Source: Camelus dromedarius
Taxonomy: Eukaryota
Length of the DNA: 64,000 bases
NCBI RefSeq assembly: GCF_036321535.1
Contig: NC_087437.1
Location: forward strand, 3,038,001-3,102,000
Direction of reading: 5' to 3'
Shown piece by piece: positions 11,940 through 23,900 of the stretch. The notes under the pieces are model-generated. The model was not told the origin of the DNA. It saw nothing but the letters and a program-made list of their open reading frames with translations, and ran no database searches. Within the stretch, counting starts at the first letter, position 1. Each line of letters opens with the position of its first letter. Position numbers and translations under genes: made by a program.

Positions 11940-13415
11940 TCATTTCTTTTTCTTTTTTTTTTTCTTTTGGATTCCACATATAAGTGATATTGTGCAGAAC
12001 TTATCTCTGTCTGTCTAGCTGACTTCACTTAGCATAATGCCTTCCAGGTTCATTCATGCTGTTGCAAGTTTTAAAGGTTGAATAATATTCTATATTTTTA
12101 TACATTTAATAGATACAGTGATACAGACACATCATTCCATCAGTACTAATCTATCAACACACTCTTAGGTTGTTTCCATACCTTGGCTATTATGAATAAT
12201 TCTGCAGTGAACTTGGGAATATATGCATCTCTTTAAGATAGTTATTTCATATCCTTTGGATATATACCAAGAAGTAGGATTGCTGGATCATATATTAATC
12301 CTATTTTCAATTTGTTGAGAACCTCCATACTGTTTTCCTTATACAGTGGTTTTGCAGTATACTTTCCTACCAACAGTGTAAAACGATTTCCTTTTCTCCA
12401 CATCCTCACTCGCATTTATTATCTCTTGTGTTTTTGATAATACACATCCAAGCAGCTGTGAGTTGATAATCTCCTTGTCGTTTTGATTTGCATTTCCCTG
12501 ATAATTAGTGATGTTGGGAACTTTTTCACATACCTATAGGCCATCTGTATGTCTTCTTTGGAAAAATGTCTACCCAGATCTTTTAACCAGTTTTTAATTG
12601 GGTTATTTGGATTTTTTTTCCTATTTTATGAATCTGTTTATTTATTTTTAATATTAACCCCCTATCATATGTGTGATTTGCAAATATGTTTCCCATTCCT
12701 TAGATTGCCTTTTTAGTTTGTTGATAGTTTCCTTTGCTTTGCAAATGTTTTTCAGTTTGATGTAGTCCCACTTGTTTATTTTTGTTTCTGTTGCCTGTAC
12801 TTTGGTGTCAATTTCAAGGAATAATTGCTAAGATCTATATCGAGAAGCTTATTACTTCCTGTGTTTTTCTTTTTTGGAGGGTGAGTAGGTAATTAGGTTT
12901 TTAAAATTTATTTAAAGGAAGGTACTGGGGATTGAACCCAGGACCTCGTGCATGCTAAGCATGCACTCTACCACTGAGCTACACCCTCTCCCCACTCCCT
13001 TGTTTTCTTTCAGGAGTTTATAGTTTTTGGTCTTATGTTCAAGTATTTAATCCATTTTGAGTTGATTTTTGTGTGTGTTGTGAGATATTGTGAGATACTC
13101 TTTGCATGTAGATATCCAGTTTTCCTAACATTTATTGAAAAGACTGTCCTTTCCTCACTGTGTATTGGCATCTTTGTCAAAAATTAATTGATTTATAGCT
13201 GGGGTTTCTACTCTTATTCATGGATCTACATGTCCATCTTTATGCTGATACCATACTATTTTGATCACTATAAATTTATAGAATAATTTGAAATCCTTGA
13301 TGCTTCCAGCTTTGCTCTTCTTTCTCAAGATTGCTTTGGCTCTCTGGGGTCTTTATTATTTCATGCTAATTTCAGGATTTTTTTCCTATTTCTGTAAAAA
13401 AATGCCATTGGAATT
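11940..13415 (-). mobile_element. LINE-1 (L1MA-like) ORF2 C-terminal region and 3' UTR
   Basis: ggattccacatataagtgat..., ttgatttgcatttccctgataattagtgatg, tttttctcaagattgctttggc are all antisense L1 landmarks. Confidence 0.9.
12871..12993 (-). mobile_element. tRNA-derived SINE (Vic-1-like) inserted in L1
   Basis: ggtactggggattgaacccaggacctcgtgcatgctaagcatgcactctaccactgagctacaccc, whose reverse complement carries Pol III A box (tagctcagtgg) and B box (ggttcaatcc); imperfect TSD acttcctgtgttttt / actcccttgtttt. Confidence 0.9.
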
Positions 13416-13640
13416 CTCAGATGTACGGTGCTGTGCTAAGGGCAGGGATCGTGGTGAGAATGTGTCTCAGCCTCTCCTATGCATTTCAATGGGTGCACGT
13501 TCCCAGTTGCCTGATGTGCTGGAGTCACTCAGCTGGTTTCTGGATTTCTCTCTGAGGGAACTGGTCCATGGATAGTTGTGTATTTGGTGCCTCTGCGGAG
13601 GAGGGTGAGTCAGGAGCCTCCAGTGTTGCCGTCATTTCCT
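13416..13640 (-). mobile_element. LINE-1 extreme 5' UTR fragment
   Basis: Reverse complement begins ggaaatgacggcaacactggaggctcctgactcaccctcctcc, resembling the L1 5' terminus aagatggcggc...ctgaactcacctcctcc. Confidence 0.6.
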
Positions 13641-13974
13641 TTGCCAGAATCAGTCATTAGTGACCAGTGGGTATGTTGACTCTCCCCTCCTGCTGCTTTC
13701 TCTTTTATCATTTGATTTTAATCAATAGTATTATCTTTCTTATTGATTAACCTTGCACTATTGGATCTGACTATATTTTTGTTACTCAGTTTATCAGTTT
13801 TAAACAATATTTTTTTTCTGTCAGATGTGACATAGAGTGAACACCAGTTTTTTTTTTTTTATCTCCAAACTTCTTTCCTCTTCTCTTCCCCATATTTCAG
13901 TTATTTACATACATCTCTTTGGTTACGGTGTTAACATATACATTCTGTTCTGTCATCTCAGTTTTCACAATTGA

Positions 13975-14165
13975 TTAATTGACCCTAAGTGTGTGGGTTT
14001 ATTTCTGTGATCTCTATCCTGTTTCATTGATCTTTGTGTCTATTTTTACCATTACTGTTTTGCATCCGTACCATAGTGTTTTGATTACTGTAGCTTTGTA
14101 GTATAGTCTGAAGCCAGGGACTGAGATACCTCCAGCGTTGTTCTTCTTTCTCAAGATTGCTTTGG
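13975..14165 (-). mobile_element. LINE-1 ORF2 fragment
   Basis: ORF 14014..14313(-) contains [32 protein letters not shown]. Confidence 0.85.
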
Positions 14166-14169
14166 TCCA

Positions 14170-14752
14170 ATTCACTTTGTATTGCTCTTCAGTGAGCAAG
14201 TTGGATTTTTCTGACCAATTTATATGTAGGGAGTCTCTCTTTGGAAGTGTGAGGGTCCATGGTAAACTTAACATGCATCCCAGCTCAAAGATTCTCTCCT
14301 CTTCAGCCGTCACATAGACTCATCTTAGTGTTTCTCATGTAGTCTGATTTCATTTTCTCTGAACCGTATTTCATGCAGCAGGGCTTCTGCTCCCAGCCCT
14401 GCTCCCCCAACCCACATTGATTATGGCAGAACAGAGACACACCTTTTGCACTTCAGGGGAAGCCCTCACCTGCAAGTGAAAATGTCGCTTTTCCTTTCTG
14501 AATCTATCAGTGCTGCGTTCTCGCATCTGTTCATTCGTTTCTCACCTCCCGGAAGGCTTCTGCTTCCTCTTGGATGCTTCTGGCAGCCCTTTTATGTGTT
14601 TGAGGCGGCTCTGTGGACTAAATCTGTCTCTTGATCTCACTAAAAATGGAGTTTGAAAGTTTTATTTTTATTCTCTTTATTACTTTTGTATGATTTCCGT
14701 GAGGAAAAGAGTAAAAGTGCTGAGTCACGTAGCCATTATCATATCAGAAGTT
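14170..14752 (-). mobile_element. Ancient HAL1/L1M 5' end fragment
   Basis: Reverse complement gaacttctgatatgataatggc...aaactccatttttagtgagatcaagagac resembles HAL1 5' termini. Confidence 0.4.
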
Positions 14753-15289
14753 CTGAATAATATTTCTGCCAAAACAAAATAAAACAGCAAGACAAAGTAG
14801 GAGGCCCATAATTCTGTACTGTACATTGGCCATCTCAGCCTTAAATTTACCCTGGGTTTATTAATTATAGAAGGAAATTCAGACCTAATCCATCCATCCT
14901 CTTTATAGACCCCAAACACTACCCCTCCTCCCCAAAACCCACTTTCAGTTACTGTTTCCCGGAATTCTCCAAATAGTGAACTTCTCTAAATATTATTCTT
15001 CTATGCAAACATTCCGTCTTCTACTTTGCCAGATTAGCGTACGTTCGAACCCCCAAGACACCACTTTTTCTGTAGCCTTTTCAAAAGCAGAGTCTGTTTT
15101 TCTAAAGCACATGATCAAGGCATGCCCCGATCTCATCCTCCTCCTGGTCACAACCTTTCTGTTGTTGAAGACTTCACTTGGTCCTCCTCGCTCCCTACAT
15201 TTTACTGTCATCCTAGAAAATTTGACATCTCATTGAACATCCCCCCAGAGGACTCGGACCTCCCATTCCCTGATTTCTTTCTGTTTTCA

Positions 15290-17197
15290 GTGATTTTCTC
15301 TCCTCTGCTCCACTGCTCCCATTTGTCTTTCATGCTGTTGACTTTGGTCATTACTGCAGAGTGCCCACCTCCAGGATTGCTAGTTCAACCACCCCACTTT
15401 CCAGCTTGCTTGTTCAGTTATCTCCACACAGCGATTCTGTGGCCTCATCAAGATGTCCAATCCATTGATGTCTCCACCTCCTCTGTTGGCCTCTTCCTGG
15501 TTCATTCATAACCCCGTCCCGATTATATTGCATTGGCCTTCATTTTAATCTCTCTTTTGCAAATACTCTGAACTTCCTTGGTCTTCTTTCTATAATTATA
15601 ACTGCTTGATCTCAGCCTAGCTAAACCAAACTATGTGCATACGTTCAAAGAGGCTTCAAGGCTTCTGGAGAAAATGACACATTGGAAAAGAAGGGTACCA
15701 TTGTAAATCCATGATCACCAACCCCTAGCTGGGCCCTCCGTAATGACTGAATAGCTTATTTACATTTTTATTGAGTTTTTCTTCACATCATTAAACTCAT
15801 TTTGCATCTCCTCCATTCTCCTTATGTCTCTAAACTCCATCCCCACAACCTTCATTACATGAGGCCTTTCTATTCACAGAAGACATAGAAGCCATCAAAT
15901 GGGAGCTCTTTCTTGCACCCACAGACTTACCTGCACTTGCTTCTTCCCGCTCAGTGGAAGAAGCATAGACGCTCCAGACACCACCCCTTCTCACTTCTTA
16001 TGGCCCTCTTGTTACTAGGTGTTCCCTGTAGCCCCTGCAGCTTTTATCTCTGCTCTCTCACTGGTTTGTCTCCTGCAGCCTGCATCTGTGTCTCAGTGTG
16101 CTTCATCTTAATTACTGTCCCTTGATGTTGCATCTCGCCGGGACATTTTACAACAAACTTGCTGAAAAACCTTTGTGCATGCACTGCTTTCTCCTCCTTA
16201 TCGCCCATTCACTTTTTGATTCCTCCCAATCTAGATTCTGCACCTGTGTCTCCACATAGACTGATCTTGTTAAAGTCAACAGGGGTCTTCCTAAATCCAG
16301 GTAGTCACTTTAAGTTCTCGTCTTCTGTGACCTCACATCTAAAACAGCATTGTGCAGGGTGCTGTGCAGCACAACTCTGAACATCCACCTCTGGTTCCTC
16401 TGTGTCTTCCTCTCCAGTGTCTCCCTTCTTGGAATGTGCTGTGCATCTCCCTGTATCAAATTCTCACGCCATGAGTATGGGCAGGCATCACTTTCTCATC
16501 TCCTCTGTCTTTTATTCATGTTTGTCATAGGGCCAGTCACTTTTGCTCCCAAGGTGCTTCTCCAGTCTGCCCATTTCTTTCCTTTTCCTCTGTCACTGCT
16601 TCAGTCCAAGCCTCCATCCTTTGCTGACTTCAGGGCTGTGGTGACCATCAGACTGCACTCACACTTTCCTTCTTGCTCCTCTCCTAGTCTCTTCATGCTG
16701 CTCCGGAGTGATCCTTGAGGAACTTACACATGTCGTGTCACTCATCACTTCATTTAAAACCTGAAACATTCAATATCGTCTACAAGGGGTGAGCTGACCC
16801 TTAACTGCCTCTCAACCCTGTTTCCTCCTCCCTCAGTGCCTCAGCCACATGGCCAACTTTTAATGTGGGCAGGCATGGAGACTTTCCATATGCTGGAATG
16901 TTCTTCCATCAACTCTTTACTGGCTGAACCAGGTACAACTTTAATGTCCCTTCCTCAGAAAATCCTCTAACCCCACAAGGCACCCTTCTCATGATACCTC
17001 ATCACACTGTTTACTCTTCTCCATGGTCTTTATCCTGTTGTGTAGGTGTATATTTGGACACTTATTTATTTAATGTCCGTCTCTTCCATGAGGGTGGGGT
17101 TCACGTCAGTCTCACTCTCTGTTTAATCACTAGCACCCAGCACAGGGCATGGCACAGAGCAGGAGCTCAGTAGATAGTTGTTCACTGAATGATTGAA
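15290..17197 (+). mobile_element. LINE-2 (degraded ORF2 plus 3' end)
   Basis: C/T-rich L2 sequence (ctggagaaaatgacac, tcttgttaaagtcaac...ctaaatcc) ending tagcacccagcacagggcatggcacagagcaggagctcagtagatagttgttcactgaatgattgaa. Confidence 0.75.
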
Positions 17198-20100
17198 AGG
17201 GATCTCAGCTAGACCTCACTTTGAGATGGGGTATTTGGTGGCCTCACCTGTCATGTAGCAGACAGCCAGGTTTTCCTCAGGGTTCTGTACTGTGACCTGG
17301 TAACCTAACGGGCCAGGTCTGTGGTAATAAGGCCTCTCAGATTGTCAGCATGTGTATACTTCTATTTAAACCATTGATCTTTGGTTCCAAGACTTTCTGT
17401 CCTTCTGCCCAAATCCATTAGCAAACACATGAGATCTCTCTGGTATTCATAGCCAGATCCTTCAGGAAGTTTCTTGAAACTTCCAGGCCTCTAACTGCTG
17501 TTTGCACTGGGAACATTGCCTTATTGCTGTGGTACCTGTAGCCCTACCTGATTGGGACTCACCTGTGTCCTGATGTCAAACTAGAAGTAGAAAAGGGAAG
17601 TAGTATTTTGAAAGGCAATAAAGTTTGAGATGGAAGAACCAAGGGGATTGTTTCCCCTCTCCTCGTTTCTCTCCTTGTTAGAATGGCAGAATTGGAAAGT
17701 ACCTTACAGCCCTAATCCAAACCCCAATTGCACAGATAAGAACTTTGAAGCCCAGAGAAGTAATTTATCCAAGGTCACAGAATTGTGTGATTCCTTAGTC
17801 CACTACAACCTTCATTCATCTTAGTAACCAAAAAATGTGCATGCAGCTTTAGATCAGTTTTCTTGGACTTTTTTGTTTTTTTTTGATTTGTAAAAAGTTT
17901 AGAGCACAATAAAGACAGGGACGAAATGAGGATGGAGACACAGTCTTCGTGATTAGAGGGAAGGACTCAAGTTCTTCCTCTCTCAGGTTGACCCAGACCT
18001 CAGAAGTCCGATAAACCAAAGCACTGGGGCAGATCCTGCAAACCTGCAGATGTGAGCTCAGCATTGGGGTGACTTGGGATGGCTTACTCTCTGATGAATA
18101 TAGTTCCCTTTGCAAAGTGGTGTTGGTCAAGATAAGATTCTCTTCTACTTGGGGAGTCCTCTTATTAAATGGGTCCATCAATTTATTCTACACTGAAGTG
18201 ATTTTTGTTTCCTTTCCTGAGACATTTTTCACTATTCACGAGCTGAGGCTGGATTTATTCTGTGGTGGTTTGATTTCAAGAGTGCACTACAAAGGGTCCT
18301 GCCAGTCTAACTGGTAGAGCGTCCTCACTGGCTGTGCTTCCTACCATGATTGAAACAGCCCTGAAATTTATGGGGAATGAGTAAGTGTCAGTTGCCTTTG
18401 TGAAAATATCAGGTAGTGATAGTTCCTGTGTGAAGTATTGGCCTGTGCGTTGATTGGGCATATTTCTAATCAGCACTTTTAGTTTCCCGTGTGTGAGCTC
18501 GTGCTTTCTCACCTCGCAGCAGCTCATCTGCTTCGCCTCACCCTGTGAGAGAGGCAGAGGCACAAGATGGGAAGCAGGGGTTTTGAAAGCACCTGTTTCT
18601 GAAAATTCTGTGATTACAGGAGTGAGGGTAACGTCTTCCCTGTCTGAGGGAAAGAGGTCATTGGAAGGGTGGCAGCTTTGCTCCCTAGGTTCCTATATGT
18701 GAGACCAACATGCAGTTGGCAACTTTTGACTAGTCTGTCCCACTTGAAAGAGGTAAGGATGTTCATATTCTGAGTGCTTCTTTTTTGCCGGGCGCTGTCC
18801 AAGGTATTAACAGGGCTGCTGTGTGGTGTGACTCCAGGGAGCAGCGTTCACACTGCAGTCTGAGTCATGGGGACCACCCAAAGCTGTGCTGTGGGGCCTC
18901 TCTACATCCGTTACCACAACTTCTACAACTGCCCCATATGCAACCACACCGAAAAATAAGTCTTTTGGCTTCCATTCTTTTTTTTTTTTGTAAGCCCCAG
19001 CAGGAGATCAGAAGAAAGGTGAGGTCAGGCTATGTCTTCCCCTGGCTTCTTCCTTGCAGGGTCACCGTGTGCTGGCTGCATCCCTGACCTTCTTAGGACA
19101 GTTTTTCCCTACATAGCCCCCTCCCCTGGGCTCTAGCTCTGCCTGTTGTCTCTTTATCGCGTCACTCCTTGAATTTCCCCTGCATCACACTTACCCTGAT
19201 TTGAACGTGCCTTTTTTCCCCTGTGGGGACCCTGACTAGTACAGGCTGAATATGGAGATGAAGTGTGTCTGACTAGAAAGTTAACCTCCTTACCACTGCC
19301 TCTTGTTCACACCTGTTGTAAAGAGCCAGTACTTTAAGGTGACTGTTGAGTTAAGTGGAGTCGCTGGTGCCTGCTGGGTGCTTACCTGCAAAACCTCCGC
19401 CGCCCGTTTCCAGTAGTACTTGCAGCCCAAGGAGCCAGTTACAGAAGGCGCTCAAGTGGCTGCCCATTAAGACACATGAGAACAGTCCTTGCCGTGAGAA
19501 GGATCTCCCTGCTCCCAGGAGCCTGTCGGCCAGCCGGCGCTGTGAATGCAGATGTGTTCAGTAGCACAAAGACTTTGCCTCTCTAGGAGTGTTCAGTTAA
19601 AGGTTTAAAAAGCCCTGTCAGGAGTTGGAACACACAGTTTTGGCAGAATGGCTCATTTGCTGGTGAACTTTCCAGCAAGACAGCTGAGGAGGAGAGAATG
19701 TGACCCAGGAAGGGTCGACTCTGATGTGGGAGAGAATGAGCAGAACTGTCACGGTGGATGACTGTGAGGACGAGCTGGGCGGCCGAGGGCAGGGCCTGAT
19801 GGAGGGACGTGGAGGCGTGAGGAGGGGTGGATGTGAGACTGGGACCAGGTGGAAATCTCCGCCTCCCTGTCAGGGTTTCTTTTGCAGGTTTTGGGTGATG
19901 TCATTACAGATGACAAAGCATCTGGCAAAGCATATTCCTGGCTTAAAGCTGAATCCTTCCACCTCATCATAAAAGCCAGTCTGACTTCCTGTTTATTTCA
20001 CAGCAGAAGTGAAGTTCAAAGCAGACAGATTATCATGAGGGAATCCACAAACGGGAGGGCGTCTCCATGGAAGAGATCACAGGAACTTTTGGAGTGGGTG

Positions 20101-20321
20101 CATCCATTCCTTAGCTGCTTATCCTTTAAATGAAGCCCAGGGTTGTGGGAAGGAGCTACCCAGGAACCATGGAGCCTATGTAAGCGCCATTTCTGTCCCA
20201 GCATCCACGCCCAGGGTTCTAATAGGAGCATCGTGGATGGAGTGGAAGGAGAGAGGTGCTATGCAGCGGGATGGACGGGCCAGGGAGGGACGGCTCTGAT
20301 GTCAGACTCTGAAACCGCTAT

Positions 20322-20430
20322 TACTCCTCCTCCTCCTGCTGCTGTACTTCTACTATTACTGTTGCTGCCGCTGCTGCTACTACTGTTACTACGGTTACTA
20401 CTGCTCCTATCACTGCTGTGCTGCTGCTGT
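20322..20430 (+). repeat. Degenerate trinucleotide repeat (CTC/CTG/CTA/TTA)
   Basis: ctcctcctcctcctgctgctgtacttctactattactgttgctgccgctgctgctactactg... Confidence 0.85.
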
Positions 20431-20654
20431 GACCACTACACACCTCGCAGGTTTGCTGCAAGAATTGAAGAAGTAAAGTGCGCAGCACAGTCCCGGCTCA
20501 CACTAAAGGCTCACTCTGTGTTAGCCTCGTGGTTATTGTTCCTATTATGCAGAAAGGAAAGGAGGGAGGACCCTTAAAACCTTCCCAACTTGCGTGTAGC
20601 TAGAGCTGGTCCAAGTTGTGTAACTCAGAACCACCCTTTGACCCCTTGTCATTA

Positions 20655-20830
20655 TTTCATCCATTCAACATATGTTTCTTGAGTGTCTACAACACACCAA
20701 ACCTCGAATGATCGCTGTGGGGTCTGTGGTGGGGAACGTCCACATGCAGCTCCCCTGAAGGTGGAGGAGACACTGGTGAACATATTGCTACATACAGGAA
20801 GGAGGGCGTGTGCTGTGTTAGGGGTGGCGC
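20655..20830 (-). mobile_element. LINE-2 3' end
   Basis: tcatccattcaacatatgtttcttgagtgtctac is an antisense L2 tail. Confidence 0.6.
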
Positions 20831-20929
20831 CAGTGTGTGAAGTGTTTACCAAGGAGGAAGAGAGGAGAGGGGGTGGGAAATTTAAGTTGGACTGATAATG
20901 ACTAACCCCTTGGTGAAAGAAAACAGATA

Positions 20930-23900
20930 CAGGCAGACCTTGTGTTATCGGCTTCACTTTATTGCACTTTGCAGATGCTGCATTTTTTTAAAACAAATTT
21001 TAGGTTTGTGGCAACCCTACATCAGGCAAGTCTTGGCACAATTTTTCCAACAGCATTTGCTCACTCGGTGTCTCTGAGTCACATTTTGGTACTTCTCACA
21101 GTATCTCAGACTTTTTTTTATTTTGTTTATATATGTCACAGTGATTTGTAATCTGGAGTCTTTGGTGTTTCTGTTGTAATTGTTTGGGGGCATCACAAGT
21201 TATGCCCATAGAAAGCGGCAAACCTAATCTATAAATGTTGTATGTGTTCTAATTGCTCTCTCTCCCTCTCTCGGCCTCCCAATTCCTGAACACAGCAATA
21301 CTGAAATTAGGCCAGTTAATAACCCTACAATGGTCTTTAAGTGTTCAAGTGAAAGAAAGAGTTGCATGTCTTTTCACTTTAAATCAAAAGCTAGAAATGA
21401 TTAAGCTTAGTCAGGAGGGCATGTCGAAAGCTCAGATAGGCTGAAAGCTAGGCCTCTTGTGCCAGACAGTTAGCCACATTGCGAATACAAAGGAGAAGTT
21501 CTTGAAGGAAATTAAAAGTGCTGTTCCATTGAACACACGAATGGTAAGAAAGCAAAACTGCCTTATTGCTGATGTGGAGAAAGTCTGAGTGGTTGGGAGA
21601 GAAGATCAAACCAGCCTCAACATTCCCTTAAGCCAAAGCCTGATCTAGAGCAAAGCCCTAATTCTCCGCAGTTCTGTGAAGACTGAGTGGTATGGAAGCT
21701 GCAGAGGAAAGGTTTGAAGCTGGCAGAGATTTGTTCATGATGTTTAAGGAAAGAAGCAGTTTCCACACATTAAAGTTCAAGGTGAAGCAGCAGGTGCTGC
21801 TGTGGAAGCTGGAGCATGTTATCCAGAAGATCTGACTGAGATAACTGATTCAAGAAAGTGCTACACTAAACAACAGCTATTGCATGTAGACAAATAGCCT
21901 ACTATTGGAAGAAGGTGCTGTCTAGGACTTTCATCCCAGGGTCACAAGGATGGTTCAACATACTCAAATCAATCAATGTGATACGCCACATCCACAAAAG
22001 AAAGGGCAAAAACCACATGATCATCTCCATGGTTGCAGGAAAGCATTTGATAAAATTCAACATCCATTCATGATAAAAACTCTTATCAAAGTGGGTACAG
22101 AGGGAACATCTCAACATAATGAAAGCTATTTATGACAAGCCTAGCAAGCATAGTACTCATTGGTGAAAAACTGAAAACCTTCCCACTAAAATCTGGGATA
22201 AGACAAGGTTGACCATTCCCACCACTTCTATTCAACATAGTCTTAGAAGCCCTAGCCATAGTAATCAGATAAGGAAAAGAAATAAAGGGATCCAAATTGG
22301 AAGGGAAGAGGTAAAATTGTCACTATTTGCAGATGACATGATGGTATATATAGAAAACCCTTAAGACTCAAAACTACTAGAGCTGATAAATGAATTCAGC
22401 AAGGTTGCAGGATACAAGATTAACATACAGAAACCTGTTGCATTTCTTCTCACTAACAATGAAATATCAGAAAAGTGAAAAAACAAACAAACAAACAACA
22501 ACAACCCCTTTTAAAGTCATGTCAAAAAAAAAAAATGCCTAGGAATAAACCTGACCAAGGAGGTGAAAGACTTATACACAAAGAAGTATAAAACATTGAT
22601 AAAGGAAATTAAAGATGATTCAAAGAAATGGAAAAACATCCCATGCTCTTGGATTGGAAGAATTAATAGTATTAAAATAGTCATACTACCCAAAGCAATC
22701 TACAGATTTAATGTGATCTCTGTCAAATTACCCAGGATTTTTTTCACAGAACTAGAACAAATAATCCTAAAATTTATATGGAACCACAAAAGGCCCAGAA
22801 TTGTTAAAGCAATCCTGAGGAAAAAGTACAAAGCTGGAGACATAACCCTTCCAGACTTCAGACAATACTACAAAGCTACAGTAATCAAAACAGTGTGGTA
22901 GTGGCACAAAAACAGACACATGGATCCATGGATCAGAATAGACAGCCCAGAAATAAACCCACACATCTATAGTCGATTAATCTCCAACAAAGGAGTCAAT
23001 AATATACAATGGAGAAAAGATGGCCTCTTCAGTGAGTGGTGTTGGGAAAACTGTTCAGCCATATATAAATCAGTGAAGTGAGAACACTTCCTCACATCAC
23101 ACACAACAATAAACTAAAAATGGCTTAAAGGCTTAAACATAAGACAAGATACCATAAATCTTCTAGAAGAGAACACAGGCAAAATATTCTCTGATGTAAA
23201 TCATAGCAATATTTTCCTGGGTCAGTCTCTCAAGGCAACAGAAATAAAAGCAAAAATAAACAAATGGGACCTAATTAAACTTACAAGCTTTTCCACAGCA
23301 AAGGAAGTTGCAAACAAAATGAAAAGACAGCCTATGTACACTGGGAAAAAATATCTGCAAATGATGCGACTGACAAGGACTTAACCTCCAGAATCTGCAA
23401 ACAGCTCATAGAAGTCAGTAGTAAAAAAACAAACAGTCCAATCAAGAAATTGAAAGAAGAGCTAAATGGACATTTGTCTAATGAAGACATACAAAAGGCA
23501 AATAGGCACATGAAAAGATGCTCAGTATCGCTAATTATTAGAGAAATGAAAATCAAAACTACAGTGAGGTATCACGTTATGCCAGTCAGAATGGCCATCA
23601 TTCAAGAGTCCATGAACGACAAAATGCTGGAGAGAGTGTGGAAAAAAGGGGGGCCTCCTACACTGTTGGTGGGAATGTAGTTTGGTGCAGCTACTATGGA
23701 GGAATTTCTCCGTAGTATGGAGATTCCTCAAAAAACTAAAAACAGACTTACCATATGATCCAGCCATCCCATTCCTGGGCATATATTGAGAAGAAACTCT
23801 ACTTTGAGAATTTACTGCACCCCAATGTTCATAGCAGCAGCATTTACAATAGCCAAGACATGGAAGCAACCTAAATGTACACTGACAGAGGACTGCACAA

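Noticed and set aside
12920..12990. tRNA gene
   Set aside because: The tRNA-like head is followed by a SINE body and A-rich tail and is inserted in an L1; it is a SINE, as are the copies near 11700 and 59870.
14150..14165. L1 fragment ending at aagattgctttgg, the same L1 position where the 7082 fragment begins
   Set aside because: The two pieces are in the wrong order for one split element and lie 7 kb apart among many L1 copies; coincidence cannot be excluded.
20143..20577. 144-aa ORF with a poly-Leu stretch resembling a signal or transmembrane segment
   Set aside because: The hydrophobic run comes from a degenerate triplet repeat and the C-terminus from a MIR remnant.
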